Positions 9,587 through 19,422 of a stretch of 64,000 nucleotides of DNA are shown piece after piece. Position 1 is the stretch's first letter; every line of letters begins with the position of its first letter. Position numbers and translations under genes: made by a program. Below the pieces are notes generated by a model. The model was not told the DNA's origin. It worked only from the letters and a program-made list of their open reading frames with translations, and made no database searches. The stretch is from NCBI GenBank assembly GCA_963836075.1, contig CAWIIB010000001.1:704001-768000 (forward strand), read 5' to 3'. The DNA is from an uncultured Acidobacteriota bacterium. GTDB taxonomy: Bacteria > Acidobacteriota > JAQAZP01.

Positions 9587-10880
9587 AGAGCAGGGCCACC
9601 AGGTAGAGCAGCCAGCTCACCTTGCGCCCCCGGCCGGAGAGCAGCATGATCAGCGGGTAGGCGATGAAGCCCAGGGCCAGCCCGTCGGAGATGCTGAAGC
9701 AGAAGGGAATGCCGGCCAGGATGAGGAAGGCCGAGATCCCCTCGGCCGGTTCCTTCCAGTCGATCCCGCTGACCCCGCGGATCATCATCGCCCCCACCAC
9801 CACCAGCGCCGGGGCGGTGATCGGCGGGTAGGTGCCCACCATGGCGGCCAGTGGGGTGAAGAAGAGCGCCAGCAGGAAAAGCAGCCCGGTGACCACGCTG
9901 GTCAACCCGGTGCGTCCCCCCTGCTCCACCCCCACCGCACTCTCGGCGTAGGTGGTCACCGTGCTGGTGCCCATGCAGGCGCCGGCCACGGTGCCCACCG
10001 CGTCGGCCATCAGCGCCCGGTTGGCCCGGGGCAGCTTGTTGTCCTTCATGAACCCGCCCTGCTGCCCCACCCCCACCAGGGTGCCCACGGTGTCGAACAT
10101 GTCCATGAAGAGAAAGATGATGATGAAGGGCAGGAAACGAAGGTCAAAAGCAGCCAGCAGATCGAAACCGAAGAACGCGTGATCCCGCGGCAGCCCGAAG
10201 AAACCGTCGAACCGGACCTTGCCCAGAAAGAGCGAGACCAGCGTGGCCGCCAGCAGTGCCCAGAGCACCGCCCCCCTGACCCGCAGCGCCATCAGAACCC
10301 CGGTGAGCAGCAGGCCAATCAAAAAAACCAGCAGGTCCACCGACAGCAGGTCGGGGTTCATGGTCAACCCGGTGGCCGGTGACCGCACCACCAGCCCGGC
10401 GTTCTGCATACCGATGAGGGCGATGAACAGACCGATGCCGGCGGCGATCCCCGACTTGAGGCCCGGGGGGATGGCGGTGATCACCGCTTCCCTGATCTTC
10501 AGCAGGTTGAGCAGAAAAAAGAGCACGCCGGAGATCAGCACGATGCCCATGGCCACCCGCCACGCATCGGCCACCCCCATGGCCACCAGCGACATGATCA
10601 CGGTGACGAAGAAGTAGTTCTCCCCCATCCCCGGCGCCAGGGCAAAAGGGTAGTTGGCCCAGAGGCCCATGATCATGGTGGCCAGGAAGGCGGAGAGACA
10701 GGTGGCCAGCATCACCGCGTCGGCGGACAGCCCGGTGGGGTTGCCGGCAAAGTCGGTGGAGAGCACCGCCGGCTGGAGAAAGATGATGTAGGACATGGTG
10801 ATGAAGGTCACCACCCCGGCGCCCACTTCCGTGCGCACCGTGGTGCCCGCATCACGCAATCCGAACAACCGTTCCAGCAT
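9552..10880 (-). CDS. NCS2/AzgA family purine (guanine/hypoxanthine) permease
   Basis: TTVRTEVGAGVVTFITMSYI, ALAPGMGENYFF, DMFDTVGTL, ESAVGVEQGGRTGLT; many TM segments. Confidence 0.93.
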   Translation of the reverse strand: MLERLFGLRDAGTTVRTEVGAGVVTFITMSYIIFLQPAVLSTDFAGNPTGLSADAVMLATCLSAFLATMIMGLWANYPFALAPGMGENYFFVTVIMSLVAMGVADAWRVAMGIVLISGVLFFLLNLLKIREAVITAIPPGLKSGIAAGIGLFIALIGMQNAGLVVRSPATGLTMNPDLLSVDLLVFLIGLLLTGVLMALRVRGAVLWALLAATLVSLFLGKVRFDGFFGLPRDHAFFGFDLLAAFDLRFLPFIIIFLFMDMFDTVGTLVGVGQQGGFMKDNKLPRANRALMADAVGTVAGACMGTSTVTTYAESAVGVEQGGRTGLTSVVTGLLFLLALFFTPLAAMVGTYPPITAPALVVVGAMMIRGVSGIDWKEPAEGISAFLILAGIPFCFSISDGLALGFIAYPLIMLLSGRGRKVSWLLYLVALLFILRYVCFPVR

Positions 10881-11054
10881 CGGCTCCCCCTCGCTTGTTC
10901 AGGCCAGTATCTTCGCCGCCCTGGAAAGCTGTCAAGCAGCTGATCCAATTGATTCCCCCACACCTCCATGCTATTTTTGATCACGGGGTTATCAATCAAC
11001 CGGCGACCCGGCCAGTGCTCGAGACCGGTCCGCCGGCCCGGGCCGGAGGGAACC

Positions 11055-14000
11055 ATGGCGCGAAAAGAGGGAACCCGTGCGGGCGGCCTTCCCGGTTCGC
11101 CGGCGGCCTGGTTGTTGTCCCTGTCCTTCGCCCTGCTGCTCCCCGACCTGGCCCTGGGGTTCACCCTGCCCCTGCTGCTGGCCGTCGTGCTGCCCGGGAT
11201 CCTCGTCGCCGTTGCCCTTTCCTTTCTTCGAGGCTCCGTTCTTCGCCGTTCATCCATGGCCGTGCTGGCGGCACTGGTGATTCTGCTGCTGCTGATCTCG
11301 ATCAGTGCCCGGGTCATTCCCGTCCCCCTGGCCGGTAAACCGGCCTCGGAGCCGGACCGGGCCGAACTGGCGGAAGCGGCCCAGGCCGACTTCAACCGGC
11401 TGCTGAGCCGGCTCTCCTCCATCGCCGCGGTGCTGGCCCGGGACGAGACGGTGCACCGTGTGCTGACACGGCAGGGGAACCACGTGGAAGACCACATGGC
11501 GCTCTTCGAGGCCGCCCGGGCGGCCCTGGGAGACCAGGACGGCGGCAGCCTGGCCGGCATCACCCTCTACGACCGCAACGGCGTACCGCTGGCCTGGGCC
11601 GGGCAGGCGTCGAGCCTCGAAGCGCAACTGCTGGCCAACGCCCCGCTGAGCCCGGTGGAGGGGCAGGCGCGGCACTACACACCGCAGTTCAGTATCCGCC
11701 GCTACAACCGGCTGGCCTCCCGGCTCTACTGCATCCAGCCCTTTGTGCTCACCCCTCCCGGCAAGGAGGCGGGCAGCGCAGAGAGCGCGTACCTGGAACA
11801 GGTGGAGACGCTGTTCGCGGTGAGCGAGCGGCTGCTGGATACCGGGCGGGGCCGCTTCCGCCGCACCCTGATCGGCGGTTTTTTCCCGCCATCGCTGGAG
11901 GCCGCCACCCTGGCGGAGGGCGTGACCCTGCAGTACCAGCTGCTGCCGGTGGAGTTTTCCGGGACGGAGGACGGGTTCCGGGAAGAGGACAGGGCGGCCC
12001 GCTTCCCCATCATTTTCCCCGACGGCACAATGCTGGGGGAGCTGGCCATCTCGCAGCAGGCTGGCGGCGGTCCCCCGTCCCTCTCTCCGGCCCGGGTGCG
12101 GCTGGCCCTGCTGGGGGGCCTGCTGGTGGCCCTGGCCATCCTGGTGGCCGGGCTGGTGGCGGCCCGGCGGTCATTCATGGCGGACAGTACCCCCGCGGCC
12201 GCCGGGGCCCATGCGGTTCTGGCCACGGGCGCAGCCCTGCTGCTGCGCTCGGTCCCCAACTGGCCTTCCATCCGGCCGGCGCTGCCCGAGTGGCAACTGC
12301 TGGAACCGGTCTACCTCTCCCTGGAGACACCGCTCCAGTTGCTGGGGTCGCCGTTCGATTTTCTGGCCAGCAGCCTGGTCTTTTTCACCATTGCCGGCTA
12401 TGCCGCCCTGCTGGCCTGGCACCACCGGCGAGGGCAGCATTCCCCGCCGGCCACCGGAGGCTGGCTGCAGATCGTTCCGGCATCACTGCTCCACGGCAGC
12501 CTGGTGCTGGCCCTGCACCTGCTGGTGGCCTCGGTGGTCATCCGCGCCCCGGCGGAGATCACCAACTTCGGCAGCCTGCTGGGCTTCGACCCGGTGAGTG
12601 CCGTGCGCAACGGTCTAATCCTCTTCGCCCTGGGTGTGGCCCTGGCCGGCACTGCCCTGGCCCTGCGGGCCGCCGCCCTGCGCACCCGGGCGGCGCTGCT
12701 CGCCTGGATGATCCCCGGACCGCTCCTGCTGGTGGTGGCAGCCTGGCTGGGACCTCGGGCGTTGATTCCGGCTGACGGCAGCGAAGGCACCGTCTTCGGG
12801 CTCACCGCCGCCCTGGACGCCTCCTGTCTCACCGCCCTGGTGCTCTTCCATCTGCTGCCCCTGCTGGTGGCCGCCGGAGCCCTGCAGCCGCCCCGAAGCA
12901 CCGGGTCTCGCATCCCCCACGCCGCCGTCCCGGCCCTCTTCTCGCTGCTGCTGCTTCCGGCGCTGCTCTTCCAGTTCGTGGTCACCCACCACCTGGAACT
13001 GGCCCGGGAGCGCTATATCGGCCAGGAGCTGATGGAGGAAGTGGCCCGGATGGGAGAGCACCGGGCTTCCCTGCTGGACCAGGCCTTCGAGCAGGCAGAG
13101 ACCCGTATCCAGCCGCTGGCCGCCCGGCTGGTGGCCGGGCAGCCCTCGGACATCCCGGGTCTGGCCTACAGTTTCTGGTCCGAAACGCTGATCTCCGAGC
13201 TGGGCTACGGCTCTTCGGTGGAGGTTTTCGGCGATGAGGGGAACCTGGTCAGCGGCTTCACCTACGAGCTGCCGAAGAAGGGGGTCGAAGCGGTGCAACT
13301 GACCGGGCTGGCCACCCCGGAAACGGCGGAAGGGATCATGCAACTGGGCAACCGCAGCCTGGTGGTGCTCTCCCGCAGCGAGGAGCTGCGCTGGCAGGAG
13401 CGCTCGGTGGGCACCCTGGTGCTCACCGTCACCGTGGACTACGCCGACCTCAGTTTTCTTGCCCGGCCCAACCCCTACCGGGAGATGCTTTCTCCGCTCC
13501 CCTCCGCCGGGCGCCTGAAAATGGAATCGCTGGGTGACAACCCGTTCCTCACCGTCTTCGGCGACGACGGCCGGATCATCTACTCCTCACGAGGCGACAG
13601 CCCCGCAGTAACGTCGCGGATCATCTCCGAACTGGAGCTGGTGCCCCACTCCCTGCTCTGGCGAGAGACCACCTTCCGGGACGGCCTGCACCGCGTGGCC
13701 TGGTTCGCCGACGACCAGGGCCGGATCTTCGCCCTGGGCTACCCGGTGCGCTCCTTTCGCGACCAGGTGGTACAGTGGCTGAGGCTGCTGCTGGCCTGCC
13801 TGCTGCTGCCCCTGCCGCCGGTACTGCTGTTGCTGCTGCTGCGGCTCAGCGCCGGCGGCCGGTTCTCCCCGCGCTCACTGCTGGCCTCCGCCACGCCCAG
13901 CTACTACCGCAAGATCCTCGCCGCCCTGCTGGCGGTGGTGATTCTGCCCCTGGGCCTGCTCTCCTTCCTGGTCACCCGGACCATGGGCAACTCGCTGGAG

Positions 14001-15752
14001 GACCAGTTGCGGGGGCAGGGCCGGCAGTCGCTCAACTCCGCCCGCCGGCTGGTGGAGGACTTCCTCAGCTCCCTCGACGAGGGTGAGACCCTGGACGATG
14101 TGCTGACCGACGACTTCCTGATCTGGGTCAGCCGGCTGGTGGACCAGGACCTCAACGTCTACCTCGGCTCCACCCTGGCCGCCACCAGCCGCCGCGAGCT
14201 GTTCTCCATCGGGCTGCTCCCCGACCGGCTGGAGGGCCCGGTCTACCTCGACCTCGACGTGCGGGGCCGCACCTTCCACGAGTCGCGTCGCAGCCTGGGC
14301 AGCGGCCGCTACCTGGTGCTCTCCACCCCGGTGCAGCTGCCCGGGTCTTCGCTGATGCCGGCGGTACTTTCCACGCCGCTGATGGCCCAGCAGCAGCAGA
14401 CCAACCGCACCCTGGCCCAGCTCAACGGCTCGGTACTGCTGGTCTTCTTCCTGCTGCTGCTGATCGCCCTGCTGGTGACCTGGCCGCTGGCCCAGCGGAT
14501 CACCGCCCCCATCAGAACCCTGGTGCGGGGCACGTCACAGATTGCCGAGGGCCGTCTGGACACCCGGATCGAGACGCGGTCGAGGGACGAGATCAAGACG
14601 CTGGTGGACGCCTTCAACACCATGGCGGAGAAACTGCAGAACCAGCGTGAAGCGCTGGAGCGTCGGCGGGACTATATCGAGAAGATCCTGGCCAACGCCG
14701 CCACCGGGGTCATCTCGCTCAACGAGCAGGGGCGGGTCACCACCATCAATCCCGCGGGCTTGCGGCTGCTGGGCCTCGACCAGTCCTACGGCCCGCTGGG
14801 CCGGCGGATCTCCGACCTGCTCTCCCGGCGGCCGGAGCTGGGCAGCCTGCTGGACACCGTGGAGCGTTACCTCAGCCAGCCGGCGGACGAGGAGCGGCGG
14901 CCCAACCAGCCGGTGCGCGAGGAGGAGGTGCGCATCCCCTCCCCCGGAGAGGCCGGGGCTGAGGAGGAACGGCTGCTGCACCTGGTCTTCGCCCCCCTGG
15001 GCAGCGACGAGGACCAGGGGCCCCGGGGCACGATCATGGTTTTCGAGGACATCTCCGGGCTGCTGCGGGCCAACCGGCTGAAAGCCTGGACCGAGATGTC
15101 ACGGCGCATCGCCCACGAGATCAAGAACCCGCTGACCCCGATCCAGCTGCACATGGAGCACCTGCTGCGGGTTCACCGGGACGGCGACCCGGAGTTCGGC
15201 AAGACGCTGCAGTTGAGCATCGACACGGTGCTGAAAAAAGTGGCGGAACTGCGGCAGATCGCCATCGAGTTCTCGGACTTCTCCCGGCACCTGGAGCTTG
15301 AACCGGAAGCCGGGGTGGACCCGGCGGCGCTGGTGGAGGAGGTGCTGGCCCCGTACGAGAGCAGCCTTCCGGATGAGCTGACCCTGGAACTGGCGGCCGG
15401 CCGGCCGCTGCCCACGGTGGCCGTGGACACCAGGCTGGTCAAGCGGGCCCTGGTGAACATCATCGAGAACGCCATCCAGTCGATGGAGGAGAGCCGGGGG
15501 ACGGTTCTGGTGGAAGTGGCCCGGGTGGAGCCGGAGGGTGTCTCCATCGCCGTCACCGACAGCGGTTCGGGAATGGACCGCGAGACCCTGGACAAGCTGT
15601 TCGAGCCCTACTTCTCCACCAAGAACACCGGCACCGGCCTGGGGTTGGCCATTGCCCGGCGGACCATCGTCGACCACGGCGGCCGTATCGGGGCGGTGAG
15701 CGAGCCGGGGAAGGGCACCACGGTCACCATCGTCCTGCCCGCGGAGAAGTAG
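11055..15752 (+). CDS. Very large multi-TM sensor histidine kinase (HAMP-PAS-HisKA-HATPase; NtrY-like C-terminus)
   Basis: WTEMSRRIAHEIKNPLTPIQL H-box, NIIENA, DSGSG, FEPYFSTKNTGTGLGL; HAMP (ITAPIRTLVRGTSQIAEG); about 1000 aa N-terminal membrane/periplasmic region. Confidence 0.93.
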   Translation: MARKEGTRAGGLPGSPAAWLLSLSFALLLPDLALGFTLPLLLAVVLPGILVAVALSFLRGSVLRRSSMAVLAALVILLLLISISARVIPVPLAGKPASEPDRAELAEAAQADFNRLLSRLSSIAAVLARDETVHRVLTRQGNHVEDHMALFEAARAALGDQDGGSLAGITLYDRNGVPLAWAGQASSLEAQLLANAPLSPVEGQARHYTPQFSIRRYNRLASRLYCIQPFVLTPPGKEAGSAESAYLEQVETLFAVSERLLDTGRGRFRRTLIGGFFPPSLEAATLAEGVTLQYQLLPVEFSGTEDGFREEDRAARFPIIFPDGTMLGELAISQQAGGGPPSLSPARVRLALLGGLLVALAILVAGLVAARRSFMADSTPAAAGAHAVLATGAALLLRSVPNWPSIRPALPEWQLLEPVYLSLETPLQLLGSPFDFLASSLVFFTIAGYAALLAWHHRRGQHSPPATGGWLQIVPASLLHGSLVLALHLLVASVVIRAPAEITNFGSLLGFDPVSAVRNGLILFALGVALAGTALALRAAALRTRAALLAWMIPGPLLLVVAAWLGPRALIPADGSEGTVFGLTAALDASCLTALVLFHLLPLLVAAGALQPPRSTGSRIPHAAVPALFSLLLLPALLFQFVVTHHLELARERYIGQELMEEVARMGEHRASLLDQAFEQAETRIQPLAARLVAGQPSDIPGLAYSFWSETLISELGYGSSVEVFGDEGNLVSGFTYELPKKGVEAVQLTGLATPETAEGIMQLGNRSLVVLSRSEELRWQERSVGTLVLTVTVDYADLSFLARPNPYREMLSPLPSAGRLKMESLGDNPFLTVFGDDGRIIYSSRGDSPAVTSRIISELELVPHSLLWRETTFRDGLHRVAWFADDQGRIFALGYPVRSFRDQVVQWLRLLLACLLLPLPPVLLLLLLRLSAGGRFSPRSLLASATPSYYRKILAALLAVVILPLGLLSFLVTRTMGNSLEDQLRGQGRQSLNSARRLVEDFLSSLDEGETLDDVLTDDFLIWVSRLVDQDLNVYLGSTLAATSRRELFSIGLLPDRLEGPVYLDLDVRGRTFHESRRSLGSGRYLVLSTPVQLPGSSLMPAVLSTPLMAQQQQTNRTLAQLNGSVLLVFFLLLLIALLVTWPLAQRITAPIRTLVRGTSQIAEGRLDTRIETRSRDEIKTLVDAFNTMAEKLQNQREALERRRDYIEKILANAATGVISLNEQGRVTTINPAGLRLLGLDQSYGPLGRRISDLLSRRPELGSLLDTVERYLSQPADEERRPNQPVREEEVRIPSPGEAGAEEERLLHLVFAPLGSDEDQGPRGTIMVFEDISGLLRANRLKAWTEMSRRIAHEIKNPLTPIQLHMEHLLRVHRDGDPEFGKTLQLSIDTVLKKVAELRQIAIEFSDFSRHLELEPEAGVDPAALVEEVLAPYESSLPDELTLELAAGRPLPTVAVDTRLVKRALVNIIENAIQSMEESRGTVLVEVARVEPEGVSIAVTDSGSGMDRETLDKLFEPYFSTKNTGTGLGLAIARRTIVDHGGRIGAVSEPGKGTTVTIVLPAEK

Positions 15753-15767
15753 TACGGAAAGTGGGAC

Positions 15768-16550
15768 CTAGTACCAGTCGTAGTCCCCGCCCAGCGCTTC
15801 ATTCTTCAGGTGCCCCACCCAGTCGCCGCTGATCACGCCGCCGGAGGAGAGCTCGAACATCTGCCAGGTGCCGTTGAGGGTTTCGGTGTTGAAGGCGAAG
15901 GAGGCTTCGAGCACCGAATGGTTCCCCACCCGGGTGTCGCGGCGGATCAGCCGCAGCTTGCCGTCGGCAAAGGTGCCCTCGAGGGTGCCCCGGTCGCTGG
16001 TGCCCAGCAGATACTCCCCCACCACCTGGGGGCCGTCCTGGGAGAGGACAAAGATACCTGTTTCACCCAGCGGCATGATGTTTACTTCCCAGATGCCGTT
16101 GAGCGGCCCCTCGTTCTCCGACTGGTTCTCCTCGATCCGCCCGATGCTCGACTCCACGGCATTGATCAGCCGCACCCGCTCGGTGATGCGGTCCCGGATC
16201 CGCTGGCTCTCGTAGAGGACCGAGTTGAAGCGGGAGACCAGGTCCTGCAGTTCCCGCTCCGCCCGAGCCATCTCCATGGGTTCGATGGACTCCGGGTCGG
16301 CCAGCACCATCCGGTCGATGACCGCGCGCTTGCTGGTGATGCCGTAAAGGGTCTCCTGCCAGATCTTCTGCAGTTCCTCGTAGGCTTTGACATCCTCGTC
16401 CAAATGACTCCGGGCAATCCGCCGCTCGATCTCCAGGCTGTACACGGTTGAGCGGTAGTTGGCGGTGGGAAAGTCCTGGGCCACGGCAAGGCCGGCGAAG
16501 AGGTGCATGGCGATCAGGACGGCGAACAGGACCCGGATACTCCTCATCAT
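15768..16550 (-). CDS. Hypothetical exported protein (signal peptide, coiled coil, beta-rich C-terminal domain)
   Basis: Signal peptide ending AVA-QD; 4-nt overlap with pssA; C-terminal LNGIWEV...LNGTWQ. Confidence 0.75.
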   Translation of the reverse strand: MMRSIRVLFAVLIAMHLFAGLAVAQDFPTANYRSTVYSLEIERRIARSHLDEDVKAYEELQKIWQETLYGITSKRAVIDRMVLADPESIEPMEMARAERELQDLVSRFNSVLYESQRIRDRITERVRLINAVESSIGRIEENQSENEGPLNGIWEVNIMPLGETGIFVLSQDGPQVVGEYLLGTSDRGTLEGTFADGKLRLIRRDTRVGNHSVLEASFAFNTETLNGTWQMFELSSGGVISGDWVGHLKNEALGGDYDWY

Positions 16551-17467
16551 TCACTTCCCTTTCCCGATGTCTTGGTATTGCTCAACGCACCGTTTTCGCT
16601 GTCTTCGGCTGCAGCTTCCGGAGACTTTCGACGCCAGGGCAGAGACCAGAGGCGGCGCACAATCCCGGAAAAGAGGTAGATCACCGAGAGGCCCAGCAGA
16701 ACCGCCTGGGGCGCGGCGGCCACCGCCACCAGCACCAGGCCCACCAGCACCACGAAGATGTAGGGCCGCCGGCTCTTCAATTTCAGTTTCTTGAAGCTGG
16801 AGTATTTGAAATTGCTGACCATCAGGTAGGAGATGGCCACGCTCACCACCATCACCGCAATGGCCACACGCCGGTCGGTCACCGGCTGCGGCAGGGCGAA
16901 GACCACTGAGGCGAAGAAACAGGCCGCCGCCGGAGTGGGCATGCCCATGAAAAACCGCGGATCGGCGGAACCGGAATCGACACGGATGTTGAAGCGGGCC
17001 AGCCGGGCGGAGCAGCAGACGAGGATGATGAAAGCGGTGAGCCAGCCCACCCGGCCCAGGGACTGCAGGCCCCAGACATAGATCAGCAGCGAGGGGGCCA
17101 TGCCGAAGGAGACGATGTCGGCCAGGGAGTCGAACTCCACTCCGAACTGGCTGGTGGCGTTGGCCAGCCGGGCCACCCGGCCGTCCAGCGCGTCCAGCAG
17201 GGCGGCGATGCCGATGAACACCGCCGAGAGGGAGAGGCTCCACGGTCCCGGAGCGTCACCGCCGGGCCAGGCGAGACAGTGCATGGTGGAGATGATGGAC
17301 ATGAAGCCCATGAAGAGATTGGAGACGGTGAAGAAACCGGGGAGGAGATAGATCCCCTGTTTGAAGCGTCGATCGGTCCGCCCGGAATCGCGGCGCGGCC
17401 GGCGTTTTCTCTTGCGCGCCGGCCTCCGGCCCGTGCTGCCCTCAGACTGTTCCGCAGCCATGGACAC
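16547..17467 (-). CDS. pssA: CDP-diacylglycerol--serine O-phosphatidyltransferase
   Basis: CDP-alcohol phosphotransferase motif DALDGRVARLANATSQFGVEFDSLADIVSFG; ARLARFN; adjacent to psd. Confidence 0.95.
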   Translation of the reverse strand: MSMAAEQSEGSTGRRPARKRKRRPRRDSGRTDRRFKQGIYLLPGFFTVSNLFMGFMSIISTMHCLAWPGGDAPGPWSLSLSAVFIGIAALLDALDGRVARLANATSQFGVEFDSLADIVSFGMAPSLLIYVWGLQSLGRVGWLTAFIILVCCSARLARFNIRVDSGSADPRFFMGMPTPAAACFFASVVFALPQPVTDRRVAIAVMVVSVAISYLMVSNFKYSSFKKLKLKSRRPYIFVVLVGLVLVAVAAAPQAVLLGLSVIYLFSGIVRRLWSLPWRRKSPEAAAEDSENGALSNTKTSGKGSE

Positions 17468-17494
17468 TCTCCCTGGACCACCGGGGGCCCGGTC

Positions 17495-18169
17495 TCAGTC
17501 CGCCGCCGGCCGGCGTCGGGCGACAATGCTCGACCCGCCGTGCACCTTGTCACCGGGGGACACCGTGATGTCGTATCCCGGCGGGATCAGGATCTCGGTG
17601 CGCGAACCGAAGCGGATCAGGCCAACCCGCTCCCCACGCAGCACCGTGTCTCCCGGCTTCTTGTAGCAGGCGATCCGTCTGGCGATCAGCCCCGCAATCT
17701 GGGTCAAGGGGATCAGGTCCCCGTGCTGGTCCTCGCCGGACAGCAGGCCGATGCGGTTCCGCTCGTTCTCGGTGGAGGCCTGCGGTTTGAACGCCGAGAG
17801 AAACCGTCCGGCGGTGTAGTCCACACTCTGCACCGTCCCGGCCACCGGTGCCCGGTTGACGTGGACATTGAATACCGAGAGAAAGACCGCCACCCTGGTG
17901 TACCCGGCGCAGGGCAGGCCTGGTTCCTCGATATCCGGCGCCACCTCCACCACCCGGCCGTCCGCCGGGGAGACCACCAGCCCCTGCTCCGCGGGTATCC
18001 GGCGTGCCGGGTCGCGGAAGAACCAGAGGACGAACAGCGCCAGCAGGGCGCAAACGGCCGCCGCCCAGAGCGGGACGAAATATACGGCCAGCAGCGTCAG
18101 CACCACACCGCCGATGACAAAAGGCAGGCCCTCCGGGGCCAGCCGTCCCTTTTCCGACAACGTCTTCAC
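17495..18169 (-). CDS. psd: Phosphatidylserine decarboxylase proenzyme
   Basis: FFRDPAR, SPADGRV, FLSVFNVHVNRAP, QIAGLIARRI, IRFGSRTE (GS autocleavage site). Confidence 0.95.
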   Translation of the reverse strand: MKTLSEKGRLAPEGLPFVIGGVVLTLLAVYFVPLWAAAVCALLALFVLWFFRDPARRIPAEQGLVVSPADGRVVEVAPDIEEPGLPCAGYTRVAVFLSVFNVHVNRAPVAGTVQSVDYTAGRFLSAFKPQASTENERNRIGLLSGEDQHGDLIPLTQIAGLIARRIACYKKPGDTVLRGERVGLIRFGSRTEILIPPGYDITVSPGDKVHGGSSIVARRRPAAD

Positions 18170-18204
18170 CCTTTCCGCGCCCGAGGGTCGTCCCGGGCCG
18201 GTTC

Positions 18205-18432
18205 CTACTGGCTCTGGCTGTACTCCGCCAGCCGCGCACCAATCAGATCCTTGAGGTGCAGCTTTTTCTTTTTCAGCGTCACCGTCTCCATCTTCTGCTC
18301 GGTGGTGAGGAGGATCTGCTGGTCCAGATCTTCGATCTGCTTGTCCAGCAGGCGGTGTTTCTCCACCATGTGCCGGAACTCGGCGTCCTCCTCCATCAGT
18401 CTCGTTTTCATGTCGGCAACACTCGCAACCAT
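18205..18432 (-). CDS. DUF465/YdcH family small coiled-coil protein
   Basis: EFRHMVEKHRLLDKQI...LKKKKLHLKDLI; SD GGAGG upstream of ATG 18432. Confidence 0.85.
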   Translation of the reverse strand: MVASVADMKTRLMEEDAEFRHMVEKHRLLDKQIEDLDQQILLTTEQKMETVTLKKKKLHLKDLIGARLAEYSQSQ

Positions 18433-18548
18433 CGCGTTCCTCCCCAAGTGGATTGCGGTTAAATACCTCTTGAAATATAGCCTGTACCGGGCAGCGATGC
18501 AATTCCCGCGCCCTGCTCTATTCTATACGAAGCCCGGCGGTCCGCAGT

Positions 18549-19283
18549 TTACGCCGGATTGACTCCCGGTTCCGCCGTACCCCTTCCCGCCGTGACTTCG
18601 GCGTCGGACGGGCGGACATAGACAGCGGTGAGATCCGCCGGGTCCCCGGTCCCCTCTTCCGACCGGAGCGTCTCCAGCCCGATGCGGGCCACCTGGGGGG
18701 CGATGAAACGGTCGGCCCCGGAGGTGCGGCCGGCAATCCCGGCCTGGGCCTCCCGCCCCCCCGGGAGACTGTCCGGCGGATCACCGCTCCACCAGACCTC
18801 CCGGTCTCCGGCCCCCTCGGCCACTTGGGCCAGCAGGGCCGCCGGGAGCTGCACCACCGGTTCCACCAGGGTCCGGGAGACAAATCCCTGCCCACCGGTT
18901 TCGTAGAGCGCGCCGTAAAACTCGCCGCGTCCAGCCTCCAGCAGCGGACAGACCAGGCCGTCCGGCACCCCGGCCCGCAGGGCCGAGGCCTCCAGCGTGG
19001 GGACGCCCACCGCGGGAAGCCCGGCGGCCAGGGCGATCCCCTGGACCATGGAGATACCGATGCGCACCCCGGTGAACGAACCGGGCCCGCAGGCCACGGC
19101 CAGCCCCTGGAGCTGTTCGGGCCGCAGCGACAGCTGCTCCAGCAACCAGTGGATCGCGGGAAGCAGCCGCCGGGAATACGATTCCGGCGACAGCAGGCTC
19201 ACCGAAGCCACCAGGCCGCGGTCAGCGTCGTACAGCGCGATGCTGCCATGGTAGGTTGTGGTGTCCACTCCGAGCACCATCAT
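18549..19283 (-). CDS. tsaB: tRNA threonylcarbamoyladenosine biosynthesis protein TsaB
   Basis: VLGVDTTT, GPGSFTGVRIG, GVPTLEA, AVYVRPSDAE. Confidence 0.93.
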   Translation of the reverse strand: MMVLGVDTTTYHGSIALYDADRGLVASVSLLSPESYSRRLLPAIHWLLEQLSLRPEQLQGLAVACGPGSFTGVRIGISMVQGIALAAGLPAVGVPTLEASALRAGVPDGLVCPLLEAGRGEFYGALYETGGQGFVSRTLVEPVVQLPAALLAQVAEGAGDREVWWSGDPPDSLPGGREAQAGIAGRTSGADRFIAPQVARIGLETLRSEEGTGDPADLTAVYVRPSDAEVTAGRGTAEPGVNPA

Positions 19284-19422
19284 TCCCCGGCACCCCTTCC
19301 CCGCCCGGACGGTCGGAAACTCCGGCCCGGCCGGCTGGTCGTCATTTTTCAGCCAGAATGAATATGATACACTCCACCACGTTTCCATTGCTACTTTCGC
19401 ACACGCCCGGATCGGCGGCCAG

